A stretch of DNA of 64,000 nucleotides, from NCBI GenBank assembly GCA_035193785.1, contig CP136572.1, forward strand, positions 4,500,578-4,564,577, read 5' to 3'. Both the position numbers and the translations under genes were made by a program. Under the pieces are notes generated by a model. The model saw nothing but the letters and a program-made list of their open reading frames with translations, ran no database searches and was not told the origin of the DNA. The DNA is from Planktothrix sp. GU0601_MAG3 (GTDB lineage Bacteria > Cyanobacteriota > Cyanobacteriia > Cyanobacteriales > Microcoleaceae). Positions 25,120-37,818 of the stretch are shown here, one piece after another (within the stretch, counting starts at the first letter, position 1; the number at the start of each line of letters is the position of its first letter).

Positions 25120-25186
25120 ATTTTAATCCTATCCCCCCTTTTTTATGGGGTTTAGGGGGGATTATTGGGGGAAAATATTAAGGGAT

Positions 25187-26203
25187 TTATCGATATTCGT
25201 CACCACAATCGCCAATTATTTCCATCAAATCACGGGCTGGGGAAAGAACGGAATTAATATTTTGATAATCTTCGGGGTCGAGACTAAATTCAAAGACCTT
25301 AGCATTATCTTTGATATGGTCAGAAAGCCCTAATCTCGTACCCACCATGGTTCCGGCTACGGTGGGTTGTTCTAGGATATAACGCACTGCAATATTAGGA
25401 ATTGTCACTTGATGTTTTTGGGCGATCGCCTCTAAAGTTTTTAATAGGGTTTGAAATAAATTCCATCCTCCCCAAGCATCAATCATATTTTTATATTTTT
25501 TCAAGCTAACGGTTTCTAAACTAAAGCCATTCGGTTCGGATTTCCCCAAATATTTTTCCGATAAAAAACCGCCACAAACCACACCATAGGGAAGTAACTT
25601 AATATTATGGGCTTGACAAAATTCGGTCATTTTAGCTAAAGGACGGCGATCAACTAAAGAAAACTGCACTTGATTAGATACAATTTTAATCCCATTTCCA
25701 ACAATAATTTTTAAGTGTTGGGTATCAAAATTGGTTAACGCTAAATGTTTAATCTTACCTTCGGTTTGCAGTTGCGCCAAATAATTTAAAGCATCTAAAT
25801 AATTTTGATCTCGATAATCCCACCAATGAAATTGTAGTAAATCGAGACAATCAACTCCCATGCGTTGGCGAGAAATATCAATATTTTTTTCCACCAAGGC
25901 TTTGGTCATTTTACCCCCACGGGGAACCCATTTTGTAAAGGCTTGCACCTGGGATAAAGCCTCCTGTCCCCGGGTGGCCATTAATTGTCGTCTAAATTCC
26001 CCAATAAAATCCTCGGCTGGGCCATAATGATCGGCTAGATCCCAAGTGGTATATCCGGCGTCTAGGTATTTAAACATACTCTCAATTGCAACAGTGGGAT
26101 TAATCCGACCATGGGCACCGGAGACCTGCCACATTCCGTTTAAAATACGACAAATATTCAAATCTTCTGTAAATTGAAAACGACTAGAATCGGGAAGTTT
26201 CAT
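25187..26203 (-). CDS. aldo/keto reductase
   Basis: GMWQ, DLADHYG, LDLLQFHWW, NQVQFS. Confidence 0.9.
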   Translation of the reverse strand: MKLPDSSRFQFTEDLNICRILNGMWQVSGAHGRINPTVAIESMFKYLDAGYTTWDLADHYGPAEDFIGEFRRQLMATRGQEALSQVQAFTKWVPRGGKMTKALVEKNIDISRQRMGVDCLDLLQFHWWDYRDQNYLDALNYLAQLQTEGKIKHLALTNFDTQHLKIIVGNGIKIVSNQVQFSLVDRRPLAKMTEFCQAHNIKLLPYGVVCGGFLSEKYLGKSEPNGFSLETVSLKKYKNMIDAWGGWNLFQTLLKTLEAIAQKHQVTIPNIAVRYILEQPTVAGTMVGTRLGLSDHIKDNAKVFEFSLDPEDYQNINSVLSPARDLMEIIGDCGDEYR

Positions 26204-26596
26204 GGGTTCTTTTGTTTAAACTAAATAGTGATCAATATAACATGAATAACAGAAGGTTTAACTCTAAAGATCTATAAAGTAGCATGACAATTTGATGAAT
26301 TTAAGCCACAATAGAATTTATCACTGTATATTTATTGAGTCCCCTTCCCAAAATAAGCAGTTACGGGAAATAAAATTAATTGTTATGGTTTTGAGCAAAA
26401 AATTGTTTCAGACAACTATGAACTCTAGTTTGTTATCGGAAGCCGAAACTACGGGCTATTTTTGCGGCTATGCCCTAGTCTTGAGCATTTCATTCAAAGT
26501 TAATATCTTAATATTAAATACCTTGATCCGGGTGACCAGAAGCACAGCCTCATAACTATCCCCTAATCTCCCATTCCTGATTTTACTGTGATCTTA

Positions 26597-29379
26597 ATGT
26601 CCAACCCCCATTTAGTTAAATCTCTGATTAAGATTCCGTTACGTTATGTTTTGGTTGTTCCCTTTTCCGTGTTAATTTTTGGCTCCGTTGGGTTAGTTAG
26701 TTGGCTATCTTTTCAGAATGGACAAAAGGCTGTCTATGATTTAGCTAATCAACTACAACTGGAAATTAGCTCTCGCCTAGAAGACCATCTAAACACTTAT
26801 TTATCCATTCCAATTTCTATTAACAAACTGAATCAAGAAGCCATTAAATTAGGACTATTAAATCTGAATAATTTTCAAACCACAGGACAATATTTTTGGC
26901 AACAACTGAAAATTTTTCCCGATGTGGGGTATATTAGTTTTGGCAGTTCCACAGGGGAATTTATTGGTGCAGGTCGATATCCCGAAGGTAATTTAGAAAT
27001 TAGTGAAGTTTCCCAAAAACGTACTGGAGGAAAGAATTTTTCCTATAAAACCGATCTTCAAGGAAATTTTATCCAACCACCCTATGATACTGCCGATAGC
27101 TATAATTTTAAACCAGAAGCCTGGTATAGTGATCCGGTAAAAGTTGGTCGCGCCGTTTGGAGTAAAATTTATAATTGGGAAGGCTATCCCCAATATATTT
27201 CTATTTCCTATAGTCAACCCCTCTATACTCGAGATCGAAAATTAATTGGAGTATTAAGTGTTGACCAGCAATTACCTCAAATTAGTGATTTTTTAAAAAA
27301 TCTAAAAATTAGTTCATCGGGAAAAATTTTTATTGTAGAACGCAATGGTTTATTGGTCGCCAGTTCCAGCGATGCTCCATCCTATTATGTAGTTAAAAAA
27401 CAAGCTAAACGCATGAAAGGAACGGAAATTAAAGATGATTTAATTAGTTTAACTAGCAAATACTTAGGACAATATTTTATTGATTTAGCTCAAATTAAAC
27501 AAAAACAAAATTTCAGTTTTACTCAAGCTGGAGAAAAATATTTTGTTCAAGTTACACCTTGGAAAAATCAGGTGGGTTTAGATTGGTTAATTGTTGTTGT
27601 GGTTCCCGAATCGGATTTTATGCAGCAAATTAATCAAAATACACGCACAACTATTTTGCTTAGTATTGTTGCTCTCCTAATCGCAACTTTAGTGGGTTTA
27701 ATAACTTCTCGTTGGATTTTGATTCCTTTGAAACCGTTTAAAAGAAGCTGCGATCGCCTTTTCCCAGGGGGATTTTGAACAAAAAATTAACCTAAATCGC
27801 TCCGACGAATTAGGAATTTTAGCTGAAACTTTTAACCAAATGGCACAACAATTAATGGATTATTTTATTACCTTAGAAAAAACCAATCTCGTATTAGAAG
27901 AAAAAGTAGAAGAACGCACCTTAGAACTGAAGCAAGCGAAAGAAATAGCCGAGGTTGCCAACCATGCAAAAAGTGAATTTTTAGCGCGAATGAGTCATGA
28001 ATTGCGAACTCCTTTGAATGCTATATTAGGATTTGCAGGAATGCTAAATAACCATCATAGCCTCGATTCGGAACAAAAAAAGTATACCCAAATTATTAGT
28101 CGAAGTGGAGAACATTTATTATCTTTAATTAATGATGTTCTCGATATGGCTAAAATTGAATCCGGTCATATTTCTCTTAATTTTAGTAGTTTTAACTTAT
28201 ATCACCTACTGGAATTAATTCGACAAATGTTAAACTTAAAAGCGGAATCTAAAGGCTTAAATTTAATTATTGATCGGGATGATAATGTGCCTCAATATAT
28301 AGAAACCGATGAAAAAAAATTACGCCAAATTCTGATTAATTTATTAGGTAATGCCATTAAATTCACCGATACTGGATCAGTTATTTTACGGGTAAAAAGA
28401 GGATCAAATTATGATTTAAAATCCTCGGAAGAAGTGATGCTTGAATTTGAAATTGAAGACACAGGGGTAGGAATTGAAGCAGACCAAATAGAGAGTATTT
28501 TTGAAGCATTTATTCAAACCAAAGCCGGACAAAAAGCCACGGAAGGAACGGGTCTAGGATTATCCATCAGCCGACAGTTTATTCAACTTATTGGCGGAGA
28601 AATTCAGGTAAAAAGCAGTATTGGTAAAGGAACCATATTTTATTTTAAAATCCCCGTACTATTAACTGAAGACGGAGAGAGTTATCAATTTAATAGTCTG
28701 AATCAACTGATCATTGGCATTGCCAATAATAGCCAAATTTATCGGGTTTTAGTTGCCGATGATCGATGGGAAAATCGCCAAGTGCTGCGGGGAATTTTAG
28801 AAACCCATTGGATTTGAAATTCAAGAGGCTAAAAATGGAGAAGAAGCGATCGCCATTGCTTTAAGTTGGTCTCCTCAATTAATCCTTATGGATATGAATA
28901 TGCCGATCATAAATGGATTTAATGCCACCCAATCCATTAAGTCCCAATCTACAGAATCAAACCCAGTAATTATTGCGGTGACAGCGAGTATATTTGAAGA
29001 AGAAAAAGCCCAAATTTTAGCCATTGGATGTGAAGACTATGTGAGTAAACCCGTGCAGAAATCTCTTTTATTAGAAAAAATTGCCGACCATTTAGGCATA
29101 GAATATCAATACTCTGAAGATCAAGATCAGAATCTTGTTTCTGAATTCGATCTGACTTTACAACCCTCTGATTTTAGTCCCATCCCTTTAGATTTAATTG
29201 CACAACTGCATCGAGCTACAATTCAACTCAATGATCAATTAATTTTTGAAATATTAGAAAAAATTCCCAGCGATCAGAGTCATTTAGTCCATACCATCAC
29301 CCATCTAGCACATAATTTTCGGTATGACGTGATTTCAGATACGATAACGGTCTTTTTGTCTCAATCTGCTTCTGTTTGA
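26597..29379 (+). CDS. hybrid sensor histidine kinase: Cache-HAMP-HisKA-HATPase-REC (frame breaks at about 27732 and 28802)
   Basis: [41 protein letters not shown] across three ORFs. Confidence 0.9.
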
Positions 29380-29452
29380 TCGGTTATTTAATCACAGCCA
29401 AAAAATAAAGCCCGAGACTAATAAATAATCCCAGGCTCTATTTTATCTTTAG

Positions 29453-29525
29453 TACCCCCAAGGGAATTCGAATCCCTGTCGCCTCCGTGAAAGGGAGGTG
29501 TCCTAGGCCTCTAGACGATGGGGGC
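29453..29525 (-). tRNA. trnE: tRNA-Glu(TTC)
   Basis: GCCCCCATCGTCTAGAGGCCTAGGACACCTCCCT-TTC-ACGGAGGCGACAGGGATTCGAATTCCCTTGGGGGTA, 73 nt cloverleaf, CCA not encoded. Confidence 0.97.
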
Positions 29526-29647
29526 TTAGGGTGTCTTGCAATTAACTTTTCCTCGGTTGAGTTTGAGTCATTCGCCTTTCACCTTTATTAATGTAGCCTA
29601 TCTCTTTATCGGTGTCAACCCTTTGAGCAAAATTTGTTTAATTTTTT

Positions 29648-30695
29648 TTAGATTGGGCTGAAATCTTTTTCACAGAAGGCCTGTAGCACTTTAATACAAT
29701 TGGCGATCGCCCCCAAATGGGCCAATTCATAGCCATGGGTGTTCTGAGTTGGGAAACCCAAGCAAGCCGCCCGGGCTACATGGCCAAATTTCATGGCGAT
29801 GGAAGCATCACTCCCAAAGCCACTAAGAATCGTCAATTGTAACGGTACTCCGGCGGTGGCCGCCACCTGTCGCAATTGACCATTCAAACCCTCATCATAA
29901 ACACCATAGCTATCCTGGGACAGCAACACCGGTTTTTCATCCCCTTCAATCGGATATTCCGGTGCCAGGGGGCAAATTTCCAGGGCAATTAACGCCTCTA
30001 GGGTTTGTCTTTGGGTAAAATACAAGGCCCCAATCGCTCCCACTTCCTCCTTAGCTGAAGCCACCAAATACACATCAATCGGGGGATGTTTGACGGTTTC
30101 TGCTAAGGCTAATAAAATCGCCAGAGAAGCTTTATTATCGAGGGTATAACTGGCAATATAATCCTTAATTCGGATGGGTTTTTTACGATGTTTTCCCACA
30201 ACTACCCGGGTTTCCTGGGCGAATTCCTGCGGTTGCTAATTCTTCGGTTGTACATTTGGTTTCAACCCAAGTATCTTCCCATTTCAAGGCTTTTTCTTCC
30301 TGGTAAACTTTTTGAGGAGATTCATGGGAAATATGACGAGAACCAAAGCTCAAAATCCCGCTCAGAGTTTGATGATCTCCTAATAAATCGACCACTCCTT
30401 CCCCATAAACCCAAGGAAATGATCCCCCCAATTTTCTAACGGAAACCCGTCCCTTTTCTCCAATGGTTTTAACGATCATGCCAATTTCATCTTTATGGGC
30501 GGTAATGGCGAGCGCTCTTTCTGAAGTTTGACCGGGAATTTTAGCAATAATATTATCAGCTTGATCCTGCCAAACTTCTACACCCAGTTGAGAAAATCGT
30601 GCTAATAACCATTGATTAATTTCCGATTCTACCCCACTGGGAGAATGTTGCAAAACTAATTGTTCAATGGTTTGAAATAATACCTGATAATCCAT
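29648..30695 (-). CDS. M42/M20-family metallopeptidase (frame break at about 30212)
   Basis: HSPSGVE, TAHKDEIG, LDNKAS, KEEVG, NTHGYE. Confidence 0.85.
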
Positions 30696-30723
30696 TTAAT
30701 TTGTCCTCAATTCCATCGTCCCA

Positions 30724-30918
30724 TCAAGAATTATCGGGAGTCGGTTTTAATAATAATGCCACAATTAAAGCCGGGGTTCCACCAATTAATCCAATCATTA
30801 ACCATCGGGGATAACTGCGTCCTTTTTGTTGGGCGACAAATGCCGCGATCGCACCGATAATACCATGAAGAATTGCTAAAGTTAAAACTATAGAAGGGTC
30901 ATTTAAGGAATCAAACAT
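30724..30918 (-). CDS. small hypothetical membrane protein
   Basis: 64 aa, two TM segments, KGRS..W motif. Confidence 0.65.
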   Translation of the reverse strand: MFDSLNDPSIVLTLAILHGIIGAIAAFVAQQKGRSYPRWLMIGLIGGTPALIVALLLKPTPDNS

Positions 30919-30991
30919 TTTAGGTTAAACCCAATGTATTTTTGGGAGGAATAGGAAATGGGCAATGGGGAAGATATAGAGTCTTTCGCAA

Positions 30992-32312
30992 TTAATTTTT
31001 ATTCCAAATTCGATTCCACCAGGAATCTGAAGTGGATTCTATCCAATTAATTCGGCGACGAATATCTTCAATTTTCCAGCCAGTTAATGTGGCTAAGTTT
31101 TGTGCTTCCTGTTGCTGTCTTTGGCGAACAGATTGCCGATATTGTTGGGCTTGTGAACACTCGATGGATTCACGATAGGGATGATTAATAATATATCGAC
31201 CCTGAAAGTTGGTTTGGTTTGCTGTTTCTTGAAAATTCAAATCTTCAGGAAAGGTATTGCGGGCATAGCGAATATGTAAGCGAGTAATAAAGGTGGAATT
31301 TCCCCCCGGGGAATCTAACCAAAATACCCCCGCTTGCTTTAATTCTTCTGTCGTTAAGGGATCGGCAGAACAAGGATCACATCCAGCCATATTCCAAGCA
31401 TATTCTAAAAAGGCAACTTTTTTCTGTTCCCGTTCATAAATTGTATTGAATAGGGATTTATAAAAACCCGGAAAAACTTCTTTGACAAATTCAGGAATAT
31501 CTTGATCGGAAGGAATTTTAACGGTGCGATAATTGGTTAATTCAACTTGACCTTTTGGAGACAGTAAATAAACAATTAAATCCTGTTCTCCTTTGCCATT
31601 AATCATCCCTAAACGAATCGGTAACATAAACCGAGGGGATTCGTAGGCAATCATTAAAGGTCGTAGGGTTTGGAACCCACTTTGATCGAATTTTTCTAAA
31701 TTAACTTTAGCAACAAAAAATTTTAATCCCTGTTGAATATAGGGTTTTAATAAAGTGCTGGCTCCTGGGGGAATTTGATAACCATTTTGAATTAACCAGG
31801 TTTCTAAACCATCGGATTCTTTGGCACTTAAAATCAAAATATCGTATTCTCCCACACTGAAACGGGCTTCAATGGTCACTCCTAAACCCGACTGAGCTTC
31901 CCGTTGTTTGTCCATTTCTAAGGTGACATTTCCCCCTCTGGTGGCGGGTAATGGGGCTTGGGGGTAAGGATTACAGGGATCGGGATCGAAATATTCCACC
32001 AGTCGGGGTGCACTAAACGCATCTAATTGTTGGATAACTTTCGGTTCTCCAATTTTAACTTGTTCAGGTTTTAAAACCACAGGAAACCGGAACAACTAAA
32101 GCAAAATCTTTTACTGCTCCTTGATAATCATTTGCCATGGTTAAAATTGTCCGATTTTTGTCTCTGGCAATTACAACTTGTGAGGCTTGATTATATAAAG
32201 TAGCATCGGCTTTTGCCACATAAAATCCACAAAATGCCAAGGCGGGGGCAGCAAAACTAATACCAGCAAAAACAACAATTAAAAAGAGAATTAACCGATT
32301 TAAACCTTTCAT
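30992..32312 (-). CDS. DUF2330-family exported protein (frame break at about 32085)
   Basis: Signal peptide then AFCGFYVAKAD; SAPRLVEYFD, FITRLH. Confidence 0.82.
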
Positions 32313-32336
32313 AATTAACTCCTGTTAAAATAGGGT

Positions 32337-33197
32337 CTAAAAAGAGGCAGATAAGGGCAAATATTTCAGGGATTTTGCAGACCAAGAAAAGCGATGATTT
32401 TGAAAGATTTTATCTAAAATTATGGTCAGGGGAGAGAGGGCAAATAAAGCCCAAAATAGAGCAGTCGAGATAAAAAATTGATGTTGTAAAATAAAGGTTA
32501 GTCCGGCTATTAATACCGCCCAAATAATTCGGCTGAAGGTAGCATTGGGAATCGAACGCGGATCGGTAATCATAAAGAAAGCGAATAGTAATAAACTACC
32601 ATTCATAAGTTGATGGGCATAAACATCCCAACCCCAACCTAGACTAAAATTGCGTCCGGCTTCTAAGGCCATATAGGTAATTAAAAAGGCGGCGGAAGTA
32701 TCCCAGCGACCCACTTTTTTCAGAATGATTCCTGCGGTTCCTAAAAATAGCAATAAATACCAGGAATCGGTTCCCCATTGTCCGGGGGAAACCCAAGCAT
32801 CGGCGCTTAGAGTTAGGGCAATAATAATCCCAAAGTTAGCGGGATTAAAAAAATGTTTTCCCTGGGATTGAAAGATAAATTTACTGGCGATCGCACAACA
32901 TCCAGCTATAACTAAAGTTGTCCAATGATTGGCTCTGAGCAATAAACATAACCCTAATGTGGTAATTAAAGCACTACGCCAAGATCCTAAAAATTCCGGG
33001 GATAAAAGGGTGATCTTTTTGTTAATATAAAAGGAGGTAATTGAGGAAAATAACCATTGAGTTAATAAACAACTTAACCCAATGATCAGTATAAAATCCG
33101 GTCGTAATGTCCAGTCTCTGGTTCCAATTCCTAGGAGCAAAAACATTGAGAGAAATAGGATTTGAGTGTTACGAGCATCTTTAAACATGATATTCAC
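32337..33197 (-). CDS. RnfD/NqrB-like membrane protein
   Basis: HFFNPANFG, FFMITDPRS. Confidence 0.75.
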   Translation of the reverse strand: MNIMFKDARNTQILFLSMFLLLGIGTRDWTLRPDFILIIGLSCLLTQWLFSSITSFYINKKITLLSPEFLGSWRSALITTLGLCLLLRANHWTTLVIAGCCAIASKFIFQSQGKHFFNPANFGIIIALTLSADAWVSPGQWGTDSWYLLLFLGTAGIILKKVGRWDTSAAFLITYMALEAGRNFSLGWGWDVYAHQLMNGSLLLFAFFMITDPRSIPNATFSRIIWAVLIAGLTFILQHQFFISTALFWALFALSPLTIILDKIFQNHRFSWSAKSLKYLPLSASF

Positions 33198-33209
33198 CTG
33201 AAATTAAGA

Positions 33210-34251
33210 TTAAAGTAAAAGCAGTTGAATCCACTCATCCAATCGTTGACGATTTTCTTCTGTTAATTGTTGCCCTAATTTAGCAATTTCGTTCAAATTG
33301 GCTTCCGACGCATCATCCATTCTTAGGGTTTTACGACTTTCCAACACCGTATTAATTCGCAAATAGTTTTCAGGATGTTCTGTGGTATCAAAGATCTGTT
33401 GCATTTGATAGTCAACGGTTTCCGCTACCCCGGTCATAATAATATCAAATAAGGGCTCAAGCCATTGTAATTTTCCCCAATCTTTTGCTTCTTCATAGGG
33501 ATATTTCTTTTTAACAATTCCCGTACCTAAAGATAAAACCACCATTTCTTTAGCGGTTGGGCCTTTGTCATAGCGATTATCGAGATTAAAGTCACGATTA
33601 AATTTATGTCGAGCTTCTGCATAGGCACAAAGAGTGGGATTATTCGCAAAAACTCCTCCATCAATACAGGTATAAACATCCTGATTCATCGCCTTAATTT
33701 GAGACACTTCAAATAAGGTAGGGGCGGCGGAAGTGGCTCGTAAAACATCTTTGATAAAATAATCATCTTTGGGGTCTAAAATAGCATCATGTTGGGTAAA
33801 AAATTGACTTTTTCGCCTTTCTATTTCATAGCTAGTAATTAAGCAGGGTTTCAGGAGTTCGCTCAATTTAAGATCTTTAAAAAAATCACCCATGATCTGA
33901 TCAAACTTTTGATAGGAGTATTTTTCATTAAATAATTCTCCCAAGACTGGCAAAGAATTTTTAGCCACAGGATCAAAGATTTGACTTGATTCATACCGAA
34001 AAAAATCATAAACTTCCTGAGCAGAACATCTGGGTCTGAGGGGATTTTCAGGATCGGGGCAAAGGTAAAGAGCAGTTAAAATTCCTCCAACGCTAGTTTC
34101 CCGCAATTAAGTCAAAATAATCCGCAATTCTCGCATCGGAGTTTCCCGTAAAATCCTGTAATTTCTGTTCGATATACTTTAAAACTTCGGCGGAAATTAT
34201 TCCCCGCAGTCCACCGCCATCTAAGGAAAGAATCCGAGTAAATTGTGCCAT
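33210..34251 (-). CDS. patatin-like phospholipase (frame break at about 34098)
   Basis: [24 protein letters not shown] after correction, [15 protein letters not shown]. Confidence 0.88.
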
Positions 34252-34290
34252 ATTTTAAGATTGTCTCCTATTTTAAAATAATCAATTAGT

Positions 34291-34926
34291 TTACAATATA
34301 TTCCATTTTTGAGATAAGTGATCTCTAATATCAAAAAAATCTGTCCAATTAATATAGGGTTTTTGATATTCGTCTAAATATTTTGCCAAGCGATCGCGAG
34401 CAAAAACAAGTGGTGCTGCTAAGGCCATATTTAAGTCGGTAATCGAATCTCCAATGGCAATTTTTTCCGCATGGGAATAGCGTTCCATGACTTTAACTTT
34501 AGCTACTAATTCCGTGTCGGCTTCAAACTCAGAATTAACTTGAAAACACTCCTTTGATGTGTCTAAATCAACGGCATACATCCCATCAATTTTTTGACTT
34601 AAATCTCCTAAAACCGTTTCAACCATCACCCTAACCCCTCCTGAAACCAGAATAAAAGGAACTTTTTGGGTATTAAGAAAATCCAAAAATTCCACAAATC
34701 CAGGTCGTATTTTTTTGGTTCGAGAAAATTCTATAATTTCAGGATAACAACGGGATGGAATCGATTCTAACATGGTTCTAACTCCTTCTCTTAATGTCAT
34801 TTCCTGCCGATATAATAAGGGCATAATTTCCGCCGCCTTTTCTGGAGCAAATTCTTTTAACATCGCTACAAAGGTTTCTTCTGCGGTAATTGTTCCATCA
34901 AAGTCACAAAAAATAATCGGGTTCAT
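34291..34926 (-). CDS. HAD-IB phosphatase, MtnX-like
   Basis: FCDFDGTIT, VSGG, IGDSITD. Confidence 0.82.
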   Translation of the reverse strand: MNPIIFCDFDGTITAEETFVAMLKEFAPEKAAEIMPLLYRQEMTLREGVRTMLESIPSRCYPEIIEFSRTKKIRPGFVEFLDFLNTQKVPFILVSGGVRVMVETVLGDLSQKIDGMYAVDLDTSKECFQVNSEFEADTELVAKVKVMERYSHAEKIAIGDSITDLNMALAAPLVFARDRLAKYLDEYQKPYINWTDFFDIRDHLSQKWNIL

Positions 34927-35047
34927 AATCAGTTTAGGTAGGTTATTAGTTATAATGGGGAAAATTTGTCGGTTTGTTGTTGGGATGCGGAGTCCACTAA
35001 GAGCGCTGAAGCGCAACAACAAGCGCAACAACAAGCGCAAAAACGAG

Positions 35048-37235
35048 TTAATTAGGGTGCTGTCGCCAGTATTCTCTCACCATTTTTATTTCTTCATAAT
35101 TATAGTTTTCTCCCAAACATTCATAAATTGTTTTTAAGCTGATATCTCCAACTTTTTTGATGGCTTGAATAATGTTTTTTTGCCGTTCAGGTTCAACAAA
35201 TTTATCGATATCTATATTCTGATTAGCGGCAATTAATTGGGTTAAATGATCGGCAATTGTACTGGTTTTTAATCCTCGTTCATTGGCGATCGCATTCAAA
35301 CTCAGACCGTCTTGATATAAGGATAAAGTCGTAATTAAACTATCGGATAAATCCTCCAGGGTTAGGCGTTTAGATTCTGATTTTTTAGCGGAAGAATTGG
35401 GCGGTTTTTGTCCGTGACAATAGGTAAAAATCGCTTCAGTAAATTGTTGACCATAACGTTCTAATTTATAACTACCGACTCCAGAAATTTGACTTAATTC
35501 TTCTAAAGTTTGGGGTCGTTGTTGTGACATTAATTTTAACGTAGAATCGGAAAAAACCATATAGGGAGGAATAGATTGTTCATCGGCTAATTTTTTCCGC
35601 AGTTGGCGCAACTGTTCAAATAGCATTTCTACTTCTATGGCTAAAGAACGAGTTGATTTTTCGACATTTTGTTCTTTAATAACAGTAATTTCAACGGTTC
35701 TTTCCCGTTTCATTACCTCCCAACTGCGGGAATTTAACTTTAAAATTGCATAGCCATCGGTGGTTTGATCCAAAAGTCCTTGACGTAAAAGCGATCGCCC
35801 TAAATTCTTCCATTCTTCTGCCGTTTTATCCTTACCAATACCATAGGTAGAAAGTTGATCATGGCGTCGCTCCAGAATTTTTTGACTTTTCGATCCTCTT
35901 AATACATCAATAATATAATTCATCCCAAATCTTTCATGGCATCTAGCAATACAGGATAAAAATTTCATCGCCTCAGTTGTCCAGTCTTCCACCGGATTTT
36001 GAGTCTGACAATTATCACATTTTGCACAATTTTCCGAGAAAAATTCCCCAAAATAACTTAATTGAACGGTGCGCCGACATTCCGATGCTTCTGCATAATC
36101 TAACATCTGCCGTAACTGTTGACGGGCGATGCGTTGTTCATCGGGATCGGGTTTTTGTTCAATCAAATATTCAATGGTTTTAATATCACCATAACTAAAA
36201 AATAACGTACATCTAGCGGATTCTCCATCCCGTCCCGCCCGTCCTGATTCTTGATAATAACTTTCTAAGGTTCGAGGTAAACTATAATGAATTACAAAGC
36301 GAACATCGGGCTTATTAATTCCCATACCAAAAGCAACCGTCGCCACCATAATTTGAACATCATCCCGAATAAACCGAGTCTGATTTTCTGACCGGATTTG
36401 ATCTTCAAGTCCAGCATGATAGGGTAGGGCTGAAATCCCATGATTTTGTAATCTAAATGCCAAATCTTCTACATTTTTTCGACTTAAACAATAGATAATT
36501 CCCGAACCTCCCACATCCTGAATAATTTTTAATAGCTGGGTAAAGGTTTGTTTTTTCTTGGGAATAACTTCATAATATAAATTAGGACGATTAAAACTAG
36601 CAACATGAATATAGGGATTTTTCAACTCTAACTGTTGAATAATATCCTGTCTCACCCTTTTAGTTGCTGTTGCTGTTAAGGCTAAAACCGGAATTTTAGG
36701 ATAACGAATGCGCAGTTGTTTTAATTTTCGATATTCTGGGCGAAAATCATGTCCCCATTCAGAAACACAGTGGGCTTCATCAATGGCAAAAGCCGAGACT
36801 CCTAATTGAGTTTCTATTGTGTCTAAAAATAATAAAAATCTTTCGGATAATAATCGTTCTGGGGCAACATAAAGCAGTTTAATATCTCCGCGCAAAATGG
36901 CTAATTCCCTTGATTTTGCTTCCGCAGGCGTTAAGGTACTATTGAGAAAGGTAGCACCAACTCCATTATCTTGTAATGCCTCAACTTGATCCTGCATTAA
37001 GGCAATTAAGGGCGAGACCACAATCATTAATCCAGGTTTTAATAAAGCTGGAAGTTGAAAACACAGAGACTTTCCCCCCCCGGTGGGCATAATAATTAAT
37101 AAATCTCGCTTTTGTAGCGCCTGATCAATTATTTCGCGCTGTCCGGGTCGAAAGGAATCATAACCAAAAAAATGTTTAAGAGACTGTTTCTAGGGATTGG
37201 GGTTGGGCAAAGGGAGTAGAAATTAGCCCTGACAT
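35048..37235 (-). CDS. recQ: DNA helicase RecQ (frame break at about 37188)
   Basis: FGYDSFRPGQ, MPTGGGKS, DEAHC, QESGRAGRDG, RQC and HRDC regions. Confidence 0.95.
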
Positions 37236-37397
37236 TGCTCGTAATTTAGATAAAACGTCTTTTTTATTTTATAATTAAAATGGGGTGAATAGCTGGGATA
37301 TCCTGATCATTTTTGAAGATTGTGAACCCAGAACTGTTATTTGATGCCTCAAAGGTGTTAAATTTTAAAATAAAGTTACAAAGTTTAGAGGAGATTT

Positions 37398-37682
37398 ATG
37401 CCGAAAGCGGTTTGGAATGGTGCAGTTTTGGCAGAAAGTGACAAATGCGTTGTCGTTGATGGTAATCAATATTTTCCCTCGGACTCCATCAAGCGTGAAT
37501 ATTTCCAAGAAAGTAACACCCATACAACTTGTAGTTGGAAAGGGGTGGCTAGTTATTATGATGTCGTGGTTGATGGGCAAAAAAATAAGGATGCCGCTTG
37601 GTATTATCCCGAACCCAAATCGGCAGCTAAAAATATTGAAGGTTATATTGCCTTTTGGAAAGGAGTTAAAGTTGAACTTTAA
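37398..37682 (+). CDS. DUF427-family protein
   Basis: GNQYFP, CSWKGVASYY, AAWYYPEP. Confidence 0.88.
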   Translation: MPKAVWNGAVLAESDKCVVVDGNQYFPSDSIKREYFQESNTHTTCSWKGVASYYDVVVDGQKNKDAAWYYPEPKSAAKNIEGYIAFWKGVKVEL

Positions 37683-37702
37683 TTAGAAGTAAAATTTTTT
37701 CA

Positions 37703-37730
37703 GTCGGGGTAATTCATCAATTGCCCCTAC
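37703..37730. repeat. REP-like palindrome GTCGGGGTAATT..AATTGCCCCTAC
   Basis: Imperfect hairpin ending in CTAC. Confidence 0.7.
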
Positions 37731-37818
37731 TACAGAGATGATGCGAAAGTCCTGTTAAAAATAACAATAATTTTGAGACAATAGAGTATTCTTTTATTTA
37801 GATTAATCTTTAGAAACT

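Noticed and set aside
29400..29530. tRNA-Glu as an island integration site
   Set aside because: No integrase and no duplicated tRNA 3' end was found.
33210..34251. Patatin as a CBASS CapV effector
   Set aside because: No CD-NTase or other CBASS genes nearby; the context is housekeeping.
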